A stretch of DNA of 64,000 nt from Alphaproteobacteria bacterium (GTDB lineage: Bacteria > Pseudomonadota > Alphaproteobacteria > UBA828), in NCBI GenBank assembly GCA_963667785.2, contig CAXXMU010000002.1:800001-864000 (forward strand), written 5' to 3'. The position numbers and the translations under genes were made by a program. Positions 30,945 through 40,154 of the stretch are shown here, in pieces (within the stretch, counting starts at the first letter, position 1; the number at the start of each line of letters is the position of its first letter). The notes beneath the pieces are model-generated. The model worked only from the letters and a program-made list of their open reading frames with translations, was not told the origin of the DNA and did not search any database.

Positions 30945-32216
30945 CTACTCCGTGAACGCCTGGGCTGCGTCCGCGGCGACCTGCGCGAGGATGTCGTCCA
31001 CCTGGCTCGGGTCGTCCATGAAGCGGGAGAACATGGAGAGCCCGACCTCCGCCACCGGCGGCGGCGTCGCCAGGTCGTAGTTGAAGGCGAAGTTGTCGGC
31101 AGCGCCCACGACGGTGGAGACCCGCTGCATGACCACGCTGTAGTTCGCCGGGTCGACGCTGACGTTGGCGCTGAGCGCGCCGTATGCGCCGGTCCAGCTC
31201 GCCTGCACGTCGGCGCTCGACATCATGTAGCTCAGGAACGCCTCGGCGCCGGCGCGGTTCTCCCCGTCGTTGGAGACGACCAGGCCGTCCACCGGGCCCA
31301 CCACCGAGACGGGCACGCCGTCCGCGATGGACGGGAACGGGAAGAAGTCGTAGTCCGTGCCGGGCTCGAGCTCCATTCCGTTCCAATAGCCGGTGATCCA
31401 GGTGCCCATGAGCGTCATTGCCGCGTCGCCGCGCGCGACCTTGTCCGACGCGTCCGTCCACGAATCGGCGTTGGCGTTGGGCGCGAAGTAGCCCTTGTCC
31501 GCCAGGTCCTTCCACATCGCCATGGCGGCCTTGACCTCGGCGTCGTCGTAGGCCGCGGAGCCGTTCATCAGGTTCGCGCGGTAGTCGGGGCCGGCGGTGC
31601 CGAGCAGCAGGTAGTCGAACCAGAACTGGGCGGGCCAGCGGTTCTTCGAGCCGAGGGCGATGGGCGTCACGCCCTGCCCCTTCAGCGTCTCGCAGAGCGC
31701 GAGGAAGCCGTCCCAGGTCGTCGGCATCTCGCTGACGCCGGCATCCGCGAGCACCTTGGTGTTATAGAACATGCCCGCGTAGTGGTAGTTGAACGGCACC
31801 AGGTAGCGCTGGCCGTTGTACATGGTGGCGCTGTCCGCCACGGACTTCGCGACGACGTTGTCGAGGCCGTCCCTGGCCCACATCTCGTCGATGGGGTGCA
31901 GGGCTCCTGCATCGACGACGAACTGCGTCCGCGCGCCGGCCCAGTAGCTGAACACGTCGGGCAGGCTGTCGCCGGCCGCGCGCACCAGGATGTCGGTCTT
32001 GAAGTCCTCGTGGCCGATGGGGCTGTTCTTGATCGTGTAGTCCGTGTCGGCCTCGAACTTCGCGACCTGCTCGTTGAAGATCTTGAGCCCGAACTCCCCG
32101 GTGAAGTAGTGGGTCAGAGTGACGTCGCCGCCCTGCGCGAAGGCGGGCGCGCCGAGCGCGAGCGCCGGCACGACCGCCAGAGCGGCCAGCGCCCCGCGCC
32201 TGTTGAGAGTGATCAT
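30945..32216 (-). CDS. Carbohydrate ABC transporter substrate-binding protein
   Basis: Signal peptide (NRRGAL, possibly Tat), PDVFSYW, MFYNTKV, MTLMGTW. Confidence 0.9.
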   Translation of the reverse strand: MITLNRRGALAALAVVPALALGAPAFAQGGDVTLTHYFTGEFGLKIFNEQVAKFEADTDYTIKNSPIGHEDFKTDILVRAAGDSLPDVFSYWAGARTQFVVDAGALHPIDEMWARDGLDNVVAKSVADSATMYNGQRYLVPFNYHYAGMFYNTKVLADAGVSEMPTTWDGFLALCETLKGQGVTPIALGSKNRWPAQFWFDYLLLGTAGPDYRANLMNGSAAYDDAEVKAAMAMWKDLADKGYFAPNANADSWTDASDKVARGDAAMTLMGTWITGYWNGMELEPGTDYDFFPFPSIADGVPVSVVGPVDGLVVSNDGENRAGAEAFLSYMMSSADVQASWTGAYGALSANVSVDPANYSVVMQRVSTVVGAADNFAFNYDLATPPPVAEVGLSMFSRFMDDPSQVDDILAQVAADAAQAFTE

Positions 32217-32255
32217 CGGAATCCCCCTGTGCGGTTGGTTTGGCGCCGTTATGGA

Positions 32256-32265
32256 TGAGCGCTCA
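32256..32265. promoter_or_regulatory. Candidate LacI-family operator
   Basis: Perfect palindrome TGAGCGCTCA with a central CG, lying between TTGACT and CATAAC upstream of the ABC operon. Confidence 0.4.
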
Positions 32266-32435
32266 GGCAGTCAAGCGTATCGCTCCGTTCGGAGTCAACG
32301 GAAACGGGGCGGACGCGCCGGGGTATCGCGCACGGGCATACCGAAAAGCCAAACGACGATGGCGGCACGTGTTGCGCGACCGCTCGGGTTCCGCCTACCT
32401 TCGCGGCGTATCGGCGCCGCGGGAGCTGACGAGTG

Positions 32436-33530
32436 ATGCAGAGCGGTCCCATCGGTATAGGCATCGTGGGCACGGGCCGCATCTCCGACCTGCACGCCAT
32501 CGAGTACCTGGCGAGCCCCTTGGCGCGGATCGTCGCGCTCTGCGACGTGGACGCGGCGCGCGCGGCGCAACGGGCGGCGGCCTGGGGCCTCGACGACGTC
32601 GCCATCGACGACGACATCGATGCCCTGCTCGCCCGCCCGGAGGTGGATCTCGTCGAGATCCTGCTCCCCCATCACCTGCACCTCGACGCGGCGCTGAAGG
32701 CCGTCGCCGCCGGCAAGATCGTCTCGCTGCAGAAGCCGATGTGCATCTCGCTGGAGGAGGCCGACCGCCTGGTCGCCGCCGCGGACGCCTCGGACCGCCC
32801 GTTCAAGGTGTTCGAGAACTTTCTGTTCTATCCCCCTGTCATCAGGACGCAAACTCTGATTGCCGAAGGCGCAATCGGCGCGCCGCTCTCCATCCACATC
32901 AAGAGCAACCCGGGGCGGAGCGCGACCGCCTGGGACGTGCCGGCGAGCGCCATCGCCTGGCGGCAGCGGCCCGAGCAGTCCGGCGGCGGGCCGCTGGTGT
33001 TCGACGACGGCCACCACAAGTTTGCGCTGGCCTGGCACTTCATGGGCGAGCCGGAGGAGGTCCACGCCTTCATCGGCGAGACCGAGACGGCGGACCACCG
33101 GGAGCGGCTGGACGCGCCTTCCATCGTCTCGTTCCGCTTTCCCGGCAACCGCATCGGCAACCTGGAGATCGTCCACTCGCCGGAGCTGGAGATCGCGACC
33201 CGGCACTACGCCCAGGACGACCGCGTGGAGATCACCGGCAGCCGGGGCGTGATCTGGATGAACGGCGGCCACGGGCGCCTCGGCGACGCGCCGCCGCTCA
33301 CGCTCTACCGGGACGGCGCGCTGACCGAGTTCCGCGACGTGGAGACCGGCTGGGAGCAGAGCTTCGTGCTGTCGACGCGCCACTTCCTCGAGGTCGTCTC
33401 GCAGGGCGGGCGCCCGGTGCTGACCGCGCGCGAGGGCCGACAGGTGCTGCGCTTCGCGCTCGCCGCGCTCGAGTCCGCCCGCACGGGCAGGCCGGTGCCG
33501 GTCGTCGCCGACGGCGGATCGGGCGCATGA
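32436..33530 (+). CDS. Gfo/Idh/MocA NAD(P)-dependent oxidoreductase
   Basis: GIVGTGRIS, PHHLH, LQKPM, GGPLVFDDGHH. Confidence 0.88.
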   Translation: MQSGPIGIGIVGTGRISDLHAIEYLASPLARIVALCDVDAARAAQRAAAWGLDDVAIDDDIDALLARPEVDLVEILLPHHLHLDAALKAVAAGKIVSLQKPMCISLEEADRLVAAADASDRPFKVFENFLFYPPVIRTQTLIAEGAIGAPLSIHIKSNPGRSATAWDVPASAIAWRQRPEQSGGGPLVFDDGHHKFALAWHFMGEPEEVHAFIGETETADHRERLDAPSIVSFRFPGNRIGNLEIVHSPELEIATRHYAQDDRVEITGSRGVIWMNGGHGRLGDAPPLTLYRDGALTEFRDVETGWEQSFVLSTRHFLEVVSQGGRPVLTAREGRQVLRFALAALESARTGRPVPVVADGGSGA

Positions 33531-33549
33531 CGGCGAAGAGCCGGCGTCG

Positions 33550-34365
33550 TTGAGCCCGGCGGACGCCGCCGCGGTCGAGACCGCGAAGCGCTACCCGTTC
33601 CCGCGGCCGGGGTATTCCTTCCTCTACGTGGATGGCGAGGCGCTGCCCCTCCTTTCGCTTGCCGAATCGCTGGAGGACGCCGAGATCGAGGCGGACGGCA
33701 GGGCCCGCCCGGCGGGCGACCTGCTGCGCCGGCGCGGGATCGCCGCTGCCTCCCCGCTCGGCCGGCGCACGCCGGTGCTGGCCTATGGCGCCAATGCCGC
33801 GCCCGAGCGGCTGCGGCGGAAGTTCGGGCCGCTCGCCATGGCGGTCTTCCCCGTGCTGCGGGCCAGGCTCCACGACTTCGACATCGTCCACGCCGCCCAC
33901 ATATCGAGCTACGGCGCGGTGCCGGCGACCATCCAGCCTTCGCCCGGCACGGTCTGCGACATCGCCGTCACGTATCTCGACGAGGCCCAGCTCGCGCGCA
34001 TGCACGAGACCGAGCTGCGCCGCCGCACCTACCTCTTCGGCCGGCTGAACAATATCCGGCTCGAGCCCGACCTGCTGCCGGCGACGGATCGCGTGTGCAG
34101 CTATGTCGGCGACTGCGGTTGCATCGCGCGCGACGGGAGCCCGCTTGCGCTCGCCGCCATCGAGGCCGAGAGGCGGCGCTTCCACGCGCTCACGCAGGCC
34201 GAGGTGCAGCGGACGGTCCACGCCATGCTCGCCGCGCCGGGGCCGCTCGATGCCTTCATCCGCGAGGCGGTGGACGACGAGAGCGTGCGGCGCGCGCGCA
34301 CCGCATCGCTCAGGGAACGGGCGCTGCCCTTCTCCTGCGCCGGCTTCACGCCGACGGCGCCGTGA
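33550..34365 (+). CDS. Hypothetical protein, possibly gamma-glutamylcyclotransferase-like fold
   Basis: TTG start; VLAYGANA resembles the GGCT Y-G-S/N motif; family call tentative. Confidence 0.55.
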   Translation: MSPADAAAVETAKRYPFPRPGYSFLYVDGEALPLLSLAESLEDAEIEADGRARPAGDLLRRRGIAAASPLGRRTPVLAYGANAAPERLRRKFGPLAMAVFPVLRARLHDFDIVHAAHISSYGAVPATIQPSPGTVCDIAVTYLDEAQLARMHETELRRRTYLFGRLNNIRLEPDLLPATDRVCSYVGDCGCIARDGSPLALAAIEAERRRFHALTQAEVQRTVHAMLAAPGPLDAFIREAVDDESVRRARTASLRERALPFSCAGFTPTAP

Positions 34366-34368
34366 TAC

Positions 34369-34604
34369 CTAGAGCACGTTTCGTTCAGACACGATCGCAG
34401 CGAGTTGCTGCGGGTGCCCAATCTTCGTGCGGTGTTGCCCGAGCTTCCCCCACCTCACCCCGGCCCTCTCCGCCCCCAGGGGCGGAGAGGGGGTAACGGG
34501 CGGCGCCGTCTAGGTTCCCCCTCCGCCTTCGGGGGAGGGGGACAGGGGGAGGTGGGAATCGCGTTCGGGCTGTCGCGACCCGGTACGGTCGGATGGTGCT
34601 CTAG
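34369..34604 (-). mobile_element. MITE-like repeat, copy 2, with 9-bp terminal inverted repeats
   Basis: CTAGAGCAC...GTGCTCTAG; internal CCCCACCTCACCCCGGCCCTCTCCGCCCC palindromic core. Confidence 0.7.
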
Positions 34605-35530
34605 CCGAGTCCCTTCGCGGCCACGATCCCGGCGAAGATCACGAGACCGACCAGGCTGTTGTTCTTGAACTTGGCGAGGCAGTCGGCGGGGCTGTCCGTC
34701 CGCACCCTGAACGCCTGCCAGCCGAGCAGCAGCGCCGCCAGCGCCACGCCCACGAAGTAGGGCCACGCGGCCGACGCGGCGACGCCTGCGCCGGCGAAAC
34801 CCGCCACGGCGGCGGCATAGAAGACGATCAGCCACGGCCGCGTCCGCTCGCCGAGCGCAAGCGCGCTGGACTTCACCCCGATGAGCAGGTCGTCCTCCTT
34901 GTCCTGGTGGGCGTAGATCGTGTCGTAGCCCAGCGTCCAGGCGATGCCGGCGACGTAGAGCAGCCCCGCCGGCCAGCCGATGCCGCCCGCGACCGCAGCC
35001 CAGCCCAGCAGAGCGCCGTAGTTGAAGGTGAGGCCGAGAAAGGCCTGCGGCCAGTAGGTGATGCGCTTCATCAGCGGGTAGGCGACCACCAGCAGCAGCG
35101 AGCCTGCGCCCAGCAGGATCGCGAACAGGTTGAGTTGCAGCAGGATGGCGAGGCCCACGCCGAGCAGCAGCGCCAGGTAGGCGACCGCGCCCTTCACGCC
35201 GATCGCGCCGGAGGGCAGCGGCCTCTGCCGGGTGCGCTCGACCCGCCCGTCGAAGTCGCGGTCGAAGATGTCGTTGACGGTGCAGCCGGCGGCCCGCATC
35301 ACGAAGGCGCCGGCGGTGAAGAGCGCGAGCAGTCCGATATCGGGCAGACCGTCGGCCGCGAGCCCGAGCGCCCAGAGGCACGGCCACAGCAGCAGCCAGA
35401 CTCCGGTGGGCTGATCCAGCCGGGCCAGCGCCACGAAGGGGCGCAGCCTGGCCGGCATCGTCCGCTCGATAGGACCCGGCCCGGGCGGCCCGGCGGGCGC
35501 CGCGGCCCCGCTCTGCAGGCGCTCGGCCAT
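34601..35530 (-). CDS. ubiA: 4-hydroxybenzoate polyprenyltransferase
   Basis: RLDQPTGVWLL, NDIFDRDFD, YDTIYAHQDKEDD. Confidence 0.95.
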   Translation of the reverse strand: MAERLQSGAAAPAGPPGPGPIERTMPARLRPFVALARLDQPTGVWLLLWPCLWALGLAADGLPDIGLLALFTAGAFVMRAAGCTVNDIFDRDFDGRVERTRQRPLPSGAIGVKGAVAYLALLLGVGLAILLQLNLFAILLGAGSLLLVVAYPLMKRITYWPQAFLGLTFNYGALLGWAAVAGGIGWPAGLLYVAGIAWTLGYDTIYAHQDKEDDLLIGVKSSALALGERTRPWLIVFYAAAVAGFAGAGVAASAAWPYFVGVALAALLLGWQAFRVRTDSPADCLAKFKNNSLVGLVIFAGIVAAKGLG

Positions 35531-35581
35531 GGCCGCTGGTGTATCGTGGCGCTTCGGCCGAGACAAGCGACGAGCCGCGCC

Positions 35582-36355
35582 ATGGGCGGGTCCGACCGGG
35601 ATCGGGGAGACGAGCGGGAGCGCGCGGGAGCGGGCAGCGCGATCCGCCTCTTCGTCGACGCGACGCTCGCCGCCGGCGCCCCGGTCGCGCTGGACGGCCC
35701 CCAGGCCCACTACCTCCGCAACGTGATGCGGCGGGCGGCGGGGGACCGCATCCGCCTCTTCAACGGCCGCGACGGGGAGTGGGAGGGAGCAATCGAGAGC
35801 CTGTCGTCCGGCCGCGCCGTCGTTCGGCCGGACGCGATGCTGAAGGCGCAGATGCCGGCGCCCGACCTCTGGCTCCTGTTCGCGCCGCTCAAGGCCACCC
35901 CCATGCGCTTTCTGGTCGAGAAGGCGACGGAGCTCGGCGTCGGCGCACTCCGCCCGGTGGTCTGCCGGCGCAGCCAGACCCGGCGGGTCAACACCGGCCG
36001 GCTCCGCGCGCACGCGATCGAGGCCGCCGAGCAGTGCGGCCGCCTGGACGTGCCGCGCGTCGATCCCCTCTCCTCCCTCGACGACGCGCTCGCCGCGTGG
36101 CCGCCCGGACGGCGGCTGCTCGTCTGCGACCCGGACGCGCGGCAGGCAGCAGCCGACGCGCTGGCGGGCTCCGACGCCTCGCCCTGGGCCATCCTGATCG
36201 GGCCGGAGGGCGGATTTGCGCCCGAGGAACGGCATCGGCTCGCCACGCACCCGGCGGCCGTTCCCGCCCGCCTCGGCCCGCGACTCCTCCGGGCGGAAAC
36301 GGCGGCGGCGGCGGCGCTGGTCTGCTGGCAGGCGCTCGCCGGCGACTGGCGATGA
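35582..36355 (+). CDS. rsmE: 16S rRNA m3U1498 methyltransferase
   Basis: HYLRNVMR, KATELGV, EAAEQC, IGPEGG, LRAETA. Confidence 0.93.
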   Translation: MGGSDRDRGDERERAGAGSAIRLFVDATLAAGAPVALDGPQAHYLRNVMRRAAGDRIRLFNGRDGEWEGAIESLSSGRAVVRPDAMLKAQMPAPDLWLLFAPLKATPMRFLVEKATELGVGALRPVVCRRSQTRRVNTGRLRAHAIEAAEQCGRLDVPRVDPLSSLDDALAAWPPGRRLLVCDPDARQAAADALAGSDASPWAILIGPEGGFAPEERHRLATHPAAVPARLGPRLLRAETAAAAALVCWQALAGDWR

Positions 36356-36473
36356 GCGCGCGCGGCGCCGCACGCAGGCCTGCCATGCTCCTTTCGGTTG
36401 CGCGATATGCTGGACAGGGAGGCCGGAATCGACGAAACCCTGCACTCGGCCACCCCGGCCGCCGGGAGGGTGC

Positions 36474-37835
36474 GTGAACGACAGCACCGCCACGCAGGGC
36501 GAGGCGCTCACCCGCCGCGACCTGATCGCCTATCTCGAATCGGGCTGCAAGCCGCGTTCCGCGTGGCGGATCGGCACCGAGCACGAGAAGTTCGGCCATC
36601 GCCTCGCCGACCGTGCGCCGCTCCCCTACGAGGGGCCGGCCGGCATCCGCGCGCTGCTCGAGGGACTGCAGCGCTACGGCTGGGAGCCCTACCTCGAGAA
36701 GGGCAAGCCGATCGCGCTGCTCAAGGACGGCCAGTCGGTCTCGCTCGAGCCCGGCGGCCAGCTCGAGCTGTCCGGCGCCCCGCTGCACAACCTGCACCGC
36801 ACCTGCGACGAGGTGCACGCGCATCTGGACCAGGTGCGCGCCGTCTCGGCCGAGCTCGGCATCGGCTTCTACGGTGTCGGCTTCCGGCCCGACGCGCCGC
36901 GCGAGGCGATCCCGTGGATGCCCAAGGGCCGCTACGCGATCATGCGCCGCTACATGCCGACGCGGGGCTCGCTCGGCCTCGACATGATGACGCGGACCTG
37001 CACCGTCCAGGTCAATCTCGACTTCGAATCGGAAGCCGACATGGTGCGCAAGATGCGCGTCGGCATGGCGCTGCAGCCGGTGGCGACGGCGCTCTTCGCC
37101 ATCTCGCCCTTCGTCGAGGGCAGGCCGAGCGGCTTCCGCAGCTACCGCAGCCACGTCTGGACCGATACCGATCCCGACCGCTGCGGCCTCCTCCCCTTCG
37201 TCTTCGAGCCGGGCATGGGCTTCGAGCGCTATGCCGACTACGTGCTGGACGTGCCCATGTACTTCGTGGCGCGCGACGGCGGCTTCGTCGATGTGGCGGG
37301 CGAATCCTTCCGCGACTTCCTCGCGGGCGCCCTGCCCCAGCTTCCCGGCGAGCGGCCGACGCTCAAGGACTGGGAGGACCATCTCACCACCGTCTTCCCC
37401 GAGGTTCGGCTCAAGCGCTACATCGAGATGCGCGGCGCCGACAGCGGGCCGTGGGGCAAGGTCTGCGCCCTGCCCGCGCTCTGGGTCGGACTCCTCTACG
37501 ATTCGACCGCGCTGAACGAGGCCGAGGCGCTCATCGCCGGGTGGTCGGCCGCCGACGTCGCGGCGCTGCACGGGGCGGTCCCGCGCGACGCGCTCACTGC
37601 TACCGTCGGCGGGCGCACGGTGCGCGACGTGGCGCGCGACGCGGTGGAGATCGCGGCCGGCGGCCTCAAGCGCCGTGCCGTCGCCGGCAATCTCGATTCC
37701 GACGAGCGCTCCTATCTCACCTACCTGCGCCAGATCGCGGAGAGCGGGCGCACCGCCGCCGACGACATGCTGGAGGCCTACGCGGGCCGCTGGGGCGGCA
37801 GCATCGAGCCGCTCTTCGAGGAATACGCCTATTAG
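36474..37835 (+). CDS. gshA: Glutamate-cysteine ligase (plant/alphaproteobacterial type)
   Basis: RIGTEHEKF, SLEPGGQLELSG, MPKGRY, QVNLDF, EMRGAD. Confidence 0.93.
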   Translation: MNDSTATQGEALTRRDLIAYLESGCKPRSAWRIGTEHEKFGHRLADRAPLPYEGPAGIRALLEGLQRYGWEPYLEKGKPIALLKDGQSVSLEPGGQLELSGAPLHNLHRTCDEVHAHLDQVRAVSAELGIGFYGVGFRPDAPREAIPWMPKGRYAIMRRYMPTRGSLGLDMMTRTCTVQVNLDFESEADMVRKMRVGMALQPVATALFAISPFVEGRPSGFRSYRSHVWTDTDPDRCGLLPFVFEPGMGFERYADYVLDVPMYFVARDGGFVDVAGESFRDFLAGALPQLPGERPTLKDWEDHLTTVFPEVRLKRYIEMRGADSGPWGKVCALPALWVGLLYDSTALNEAEALIAGWSAADVAALHGAVPRDALTATVGGRTVRDVARDAVEIAAGGLKRRAVAGNLDSDERSYLTYLRQIAESGRTAADDMLEAYAGRWGGSIEPLFEEYAY

Positions 37836-39015
37836 CGATCCGGCCTACCGCATCGCCCCGGCGGTCTCGGCCGTCAGCCCGCCGCCGATCGCCGAAATCA
37901 GGGGACTGGCCCAGGGGCTGCGCGTCACGCCCGAGAAACCCCTGCTGGACCTGACCCAGGCGGTGCCCGCCTATACGCCGGCGGACGCGCTGACGGACCA
38001 TCTCGCAGATGCCGTGCGCCAAGCGGAGACGGCGCGCTATACCGCCATCCTCGGCCGGGACGAGCTGCGCTCGGCCTTCGCCGCGGCGCTCTCGGAGACT
38101 TACGGCGGCAGCGTCGCGCCGGACCAGGTGGCGATCACGGCGGGCTGCAACCAGGCCTTCTGCCTCGCGCTCATGGCGCTCGCAGGGCCGGGCGACGAGG
38201 TGATCCTGCCCGCGCCCTGCTACTTCAATCACCGGATGTGGCTGGAGATGCTGGGGGTCTCGCCGGTCTTCCTGCCCTTCCGGCCCGAGCGGGGCGGCGT
38301 GCCGGACCCGGCCGACGCCAGCGCGCGGATCACGCCCCGCACCCGCGCCATCGTGCTGGTGACGCCCAACAACCCCACGGGCGCCATCTATCCGCCCGAG
38401 GCGATCCACGGCTTCCACGGGCTCGCGCGCGAGGCCGGCATCGCTCTCGTGCTCGACGAGACCTACCGCGATTTCCTGCCGGGCGATACCCCGCCGCACG
38501 GGCTCTTCGCGCGTGCGGACTGGGGCGAGACGCTGGTCCACCTCTACAGCTTCTCCAAGGTCTACGGCCTGACCGGCTACCGGGTCGGCGCGCTGGCGGC
38601 GGCGCCGGCGCTGCTCGCCGAGATCGTCAAGGCGGCCGATTGCGTGGCCATCTGCGCGCCGGCGATCGCCCAGGAAGCGGCGCTCTTCGGCCTCCGCCGC
38701 CTCGCCGGCTTCCGCGCCGAGAAGCGGCGCCAGGTGCTGGAGCGGGTAGCCCGTTTCCGCGCGCTCTTCGAGCGCCGCAACCTCGCCTACGAGCTGGTCT
38801 CGGCCGGCGCCTTCTTCGCCTACGTGCGCCACCCCTTCGCAGACATGGCGGCCGGCGACGTCGCCCGCAGGCTCGCCCTGGAGGAGAACGTCCTCTGCCT
38901 GCCCGGCAGCGCCTTCGGCCCGGATCAGGAGCGCTACCTGCGCTTCGCCCTCGCCACCATCGACGACGACGGGATGGCGGCCCTCGGCGCGCGCCTGCAG
39001 GCTTGCCAGGAATAG
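37831..39015 (+). CDS. Class I/II PLP aminotransferase; start codon non-canonical or uncertain (ATT at 37831)
   Basis: DLTQAVP, GCNQAF, VTPNNPTG, DETY, SFSKVYGLTGYRVG. Confidence 0.85.
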   Translation: MSDPAYRIAPAVSAVSPPPIAEIRGLAQGLRVTPEKPLLDLTQAVPAYTPADALTDHLADAVRQAETARYTAILGRDELRSAFAAALSETYGGSVAPDQVAITAGCNQAFCLALMALAGPGDEVILPAPCYFNHRMWLEMLGVSPVFLPFRPERGGVPDPADASARITPRTRAIVLVTPNNPTGAIYPPEAIHGFHGLAREAGIALVLDETYRDFLPGDTPPHGLFARADWGETLVHLYSFSKVYGLTGYRVGALAAAPALLAEIVKAADCVAICAPAIAQEAALFGLRRLAGFRAEKRRQVLERVARFRALFERRNLAYELVSAGAFFAYVRHPFADMAAGDVARRLALEENVLCLPGSAFGPDQERYLRFALATIDDDGMAALGARLQACQE

Positions 39016-39020
39016 CCCCG

Positions 39021-40154
39021 CTACGGCGCGGTCGTTGCCGCCGGCGCCTCGAAGCGGGCGATATCGAAGCCCTCGATCGGCGTGTCGGTGCGACCGTCCA
39101 GGGCGAGCTCGGCGGCCACCGCGCCCGACGCCGGGCCGAGGCAGAAGCCGTGGCCGCTGAAGCCGAAGGCGTGGACCAGGCCGGGCGTGGTGCGGCTCGG
39201 GCAGAGGATCGGGAGGTGGTCGGGGGTGCAGCCCTCGACGCCGCTCCAGAAGCGGATCACGGCGAGGTCCGCGACACGGGGAATGATGGCGGCCGTGCGG
39301 GCGAACGTGGTCAGGCTCTCCTCGGCATCGACCTTGCCGAAGCCGACATCGAGGTCGGCGGTGCCGCTGCGACCGCCGAAGATGACGTTGCCGCGCGGGA
39401 TCTGGCGGGCGTAGACGTCGCCGCCGACGACGGCCAGCACCGGCTCCATGAAGTAGGGCGCGGGCTCGGTAACCGCCATCTGCGGCTCCATCGGCCAGAT
39501 CTCGACCTGCTCGCCGAACTGCGCCGCGAGGCGCGCGCCCCAGGCACCGGAGGCGTTGATCAGCGCGCCCCCGCGCAGGCTGCGGCCGGATTCGGTCTCG
39601 ACGACGAAGTCGCCCCCGTCGCGCGCGACATGCGTCGCCCCGTCGAGCTCGATCAGCGTGGCCCCTGCCGCCCGCGCCGCCCGCGCGAAGGCGGGGCCCA
39701 CCAGGCGCGGATTGGCCTGGCCGTCGCTGGGGCAGTAAGCGGCGCCATAGGCGCCCGACCCGAGCCAGGGGAAGCGGTCGAGCAGCGCGTTCCGGCTCAG
39801 CATCTCGACCTCGACCCCGTAATCCGCCTGCGCCTCGGCGTGGGCGGCGATCTGGACCATGTCCTCCTCGTTGCGCGCGACCTTGATGTTGCCGGTGATC
39901 TGGTACTCGCAATCGCTGCCCACCAGCGCGGGCAGGCGCTTCCACACCGCGAGCGCGCGGGCGGCGATGCCGAGCTCGGCGAGCTTGCGCCCGTTGCGCC
40001 GGACGCCGCCGAAGTTGACGCCGCTCGCCGCCGCCCCGAGCTGGTTCTTCTCGACCACGGCGACGCTCGCGCCGCGCTCGCGCAGGTGCAGCGCGGCGGC
40101 GCAGCCCACCAGGCCGCCGCCGACGATGACGACATCGCTGCGCCCGTCGCTCAT
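39021..40154 (-). CDS. FAD-dependent oxidoreductase, HcnC/OoxB-like subunit
   Basis: GGGLVG, ASGVNFGGVR, DGQANP, FSGHGF. Confidence 0.85.
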   Translation of the reverse strand: MSDGRSDVVIVGGGLVGCAAALHLRERGASVAVVEKNQLGAAASGVNFGGVRRNGRKLAELGIAARALAVWKRLPALVGSDCEYQITGNIKVARNEEDMVQIAAHAEAQADYGVEVEMLSRNALLDRFPWLGSGAYGAAYCPSDGQANPRLVGPAFARAARAAGATLIELDGATHVARDGGDFVVETESGRSLRGGALINASGAWGARLAAQFGEQVEIWPMEPQMAVTEPAPYFMEPVLAVVGGDVYARQIPRGNVIFGGRSGTADLDVGFGKVDAEESLTTFARTAAIIPRVADLAVIRFWSGVEGCTPDHLPILCPSRTTPGLVHAFGFSGHGFCLGPASGAVAAELALDGRTDTPIEGFDIARFEAPAATTAP

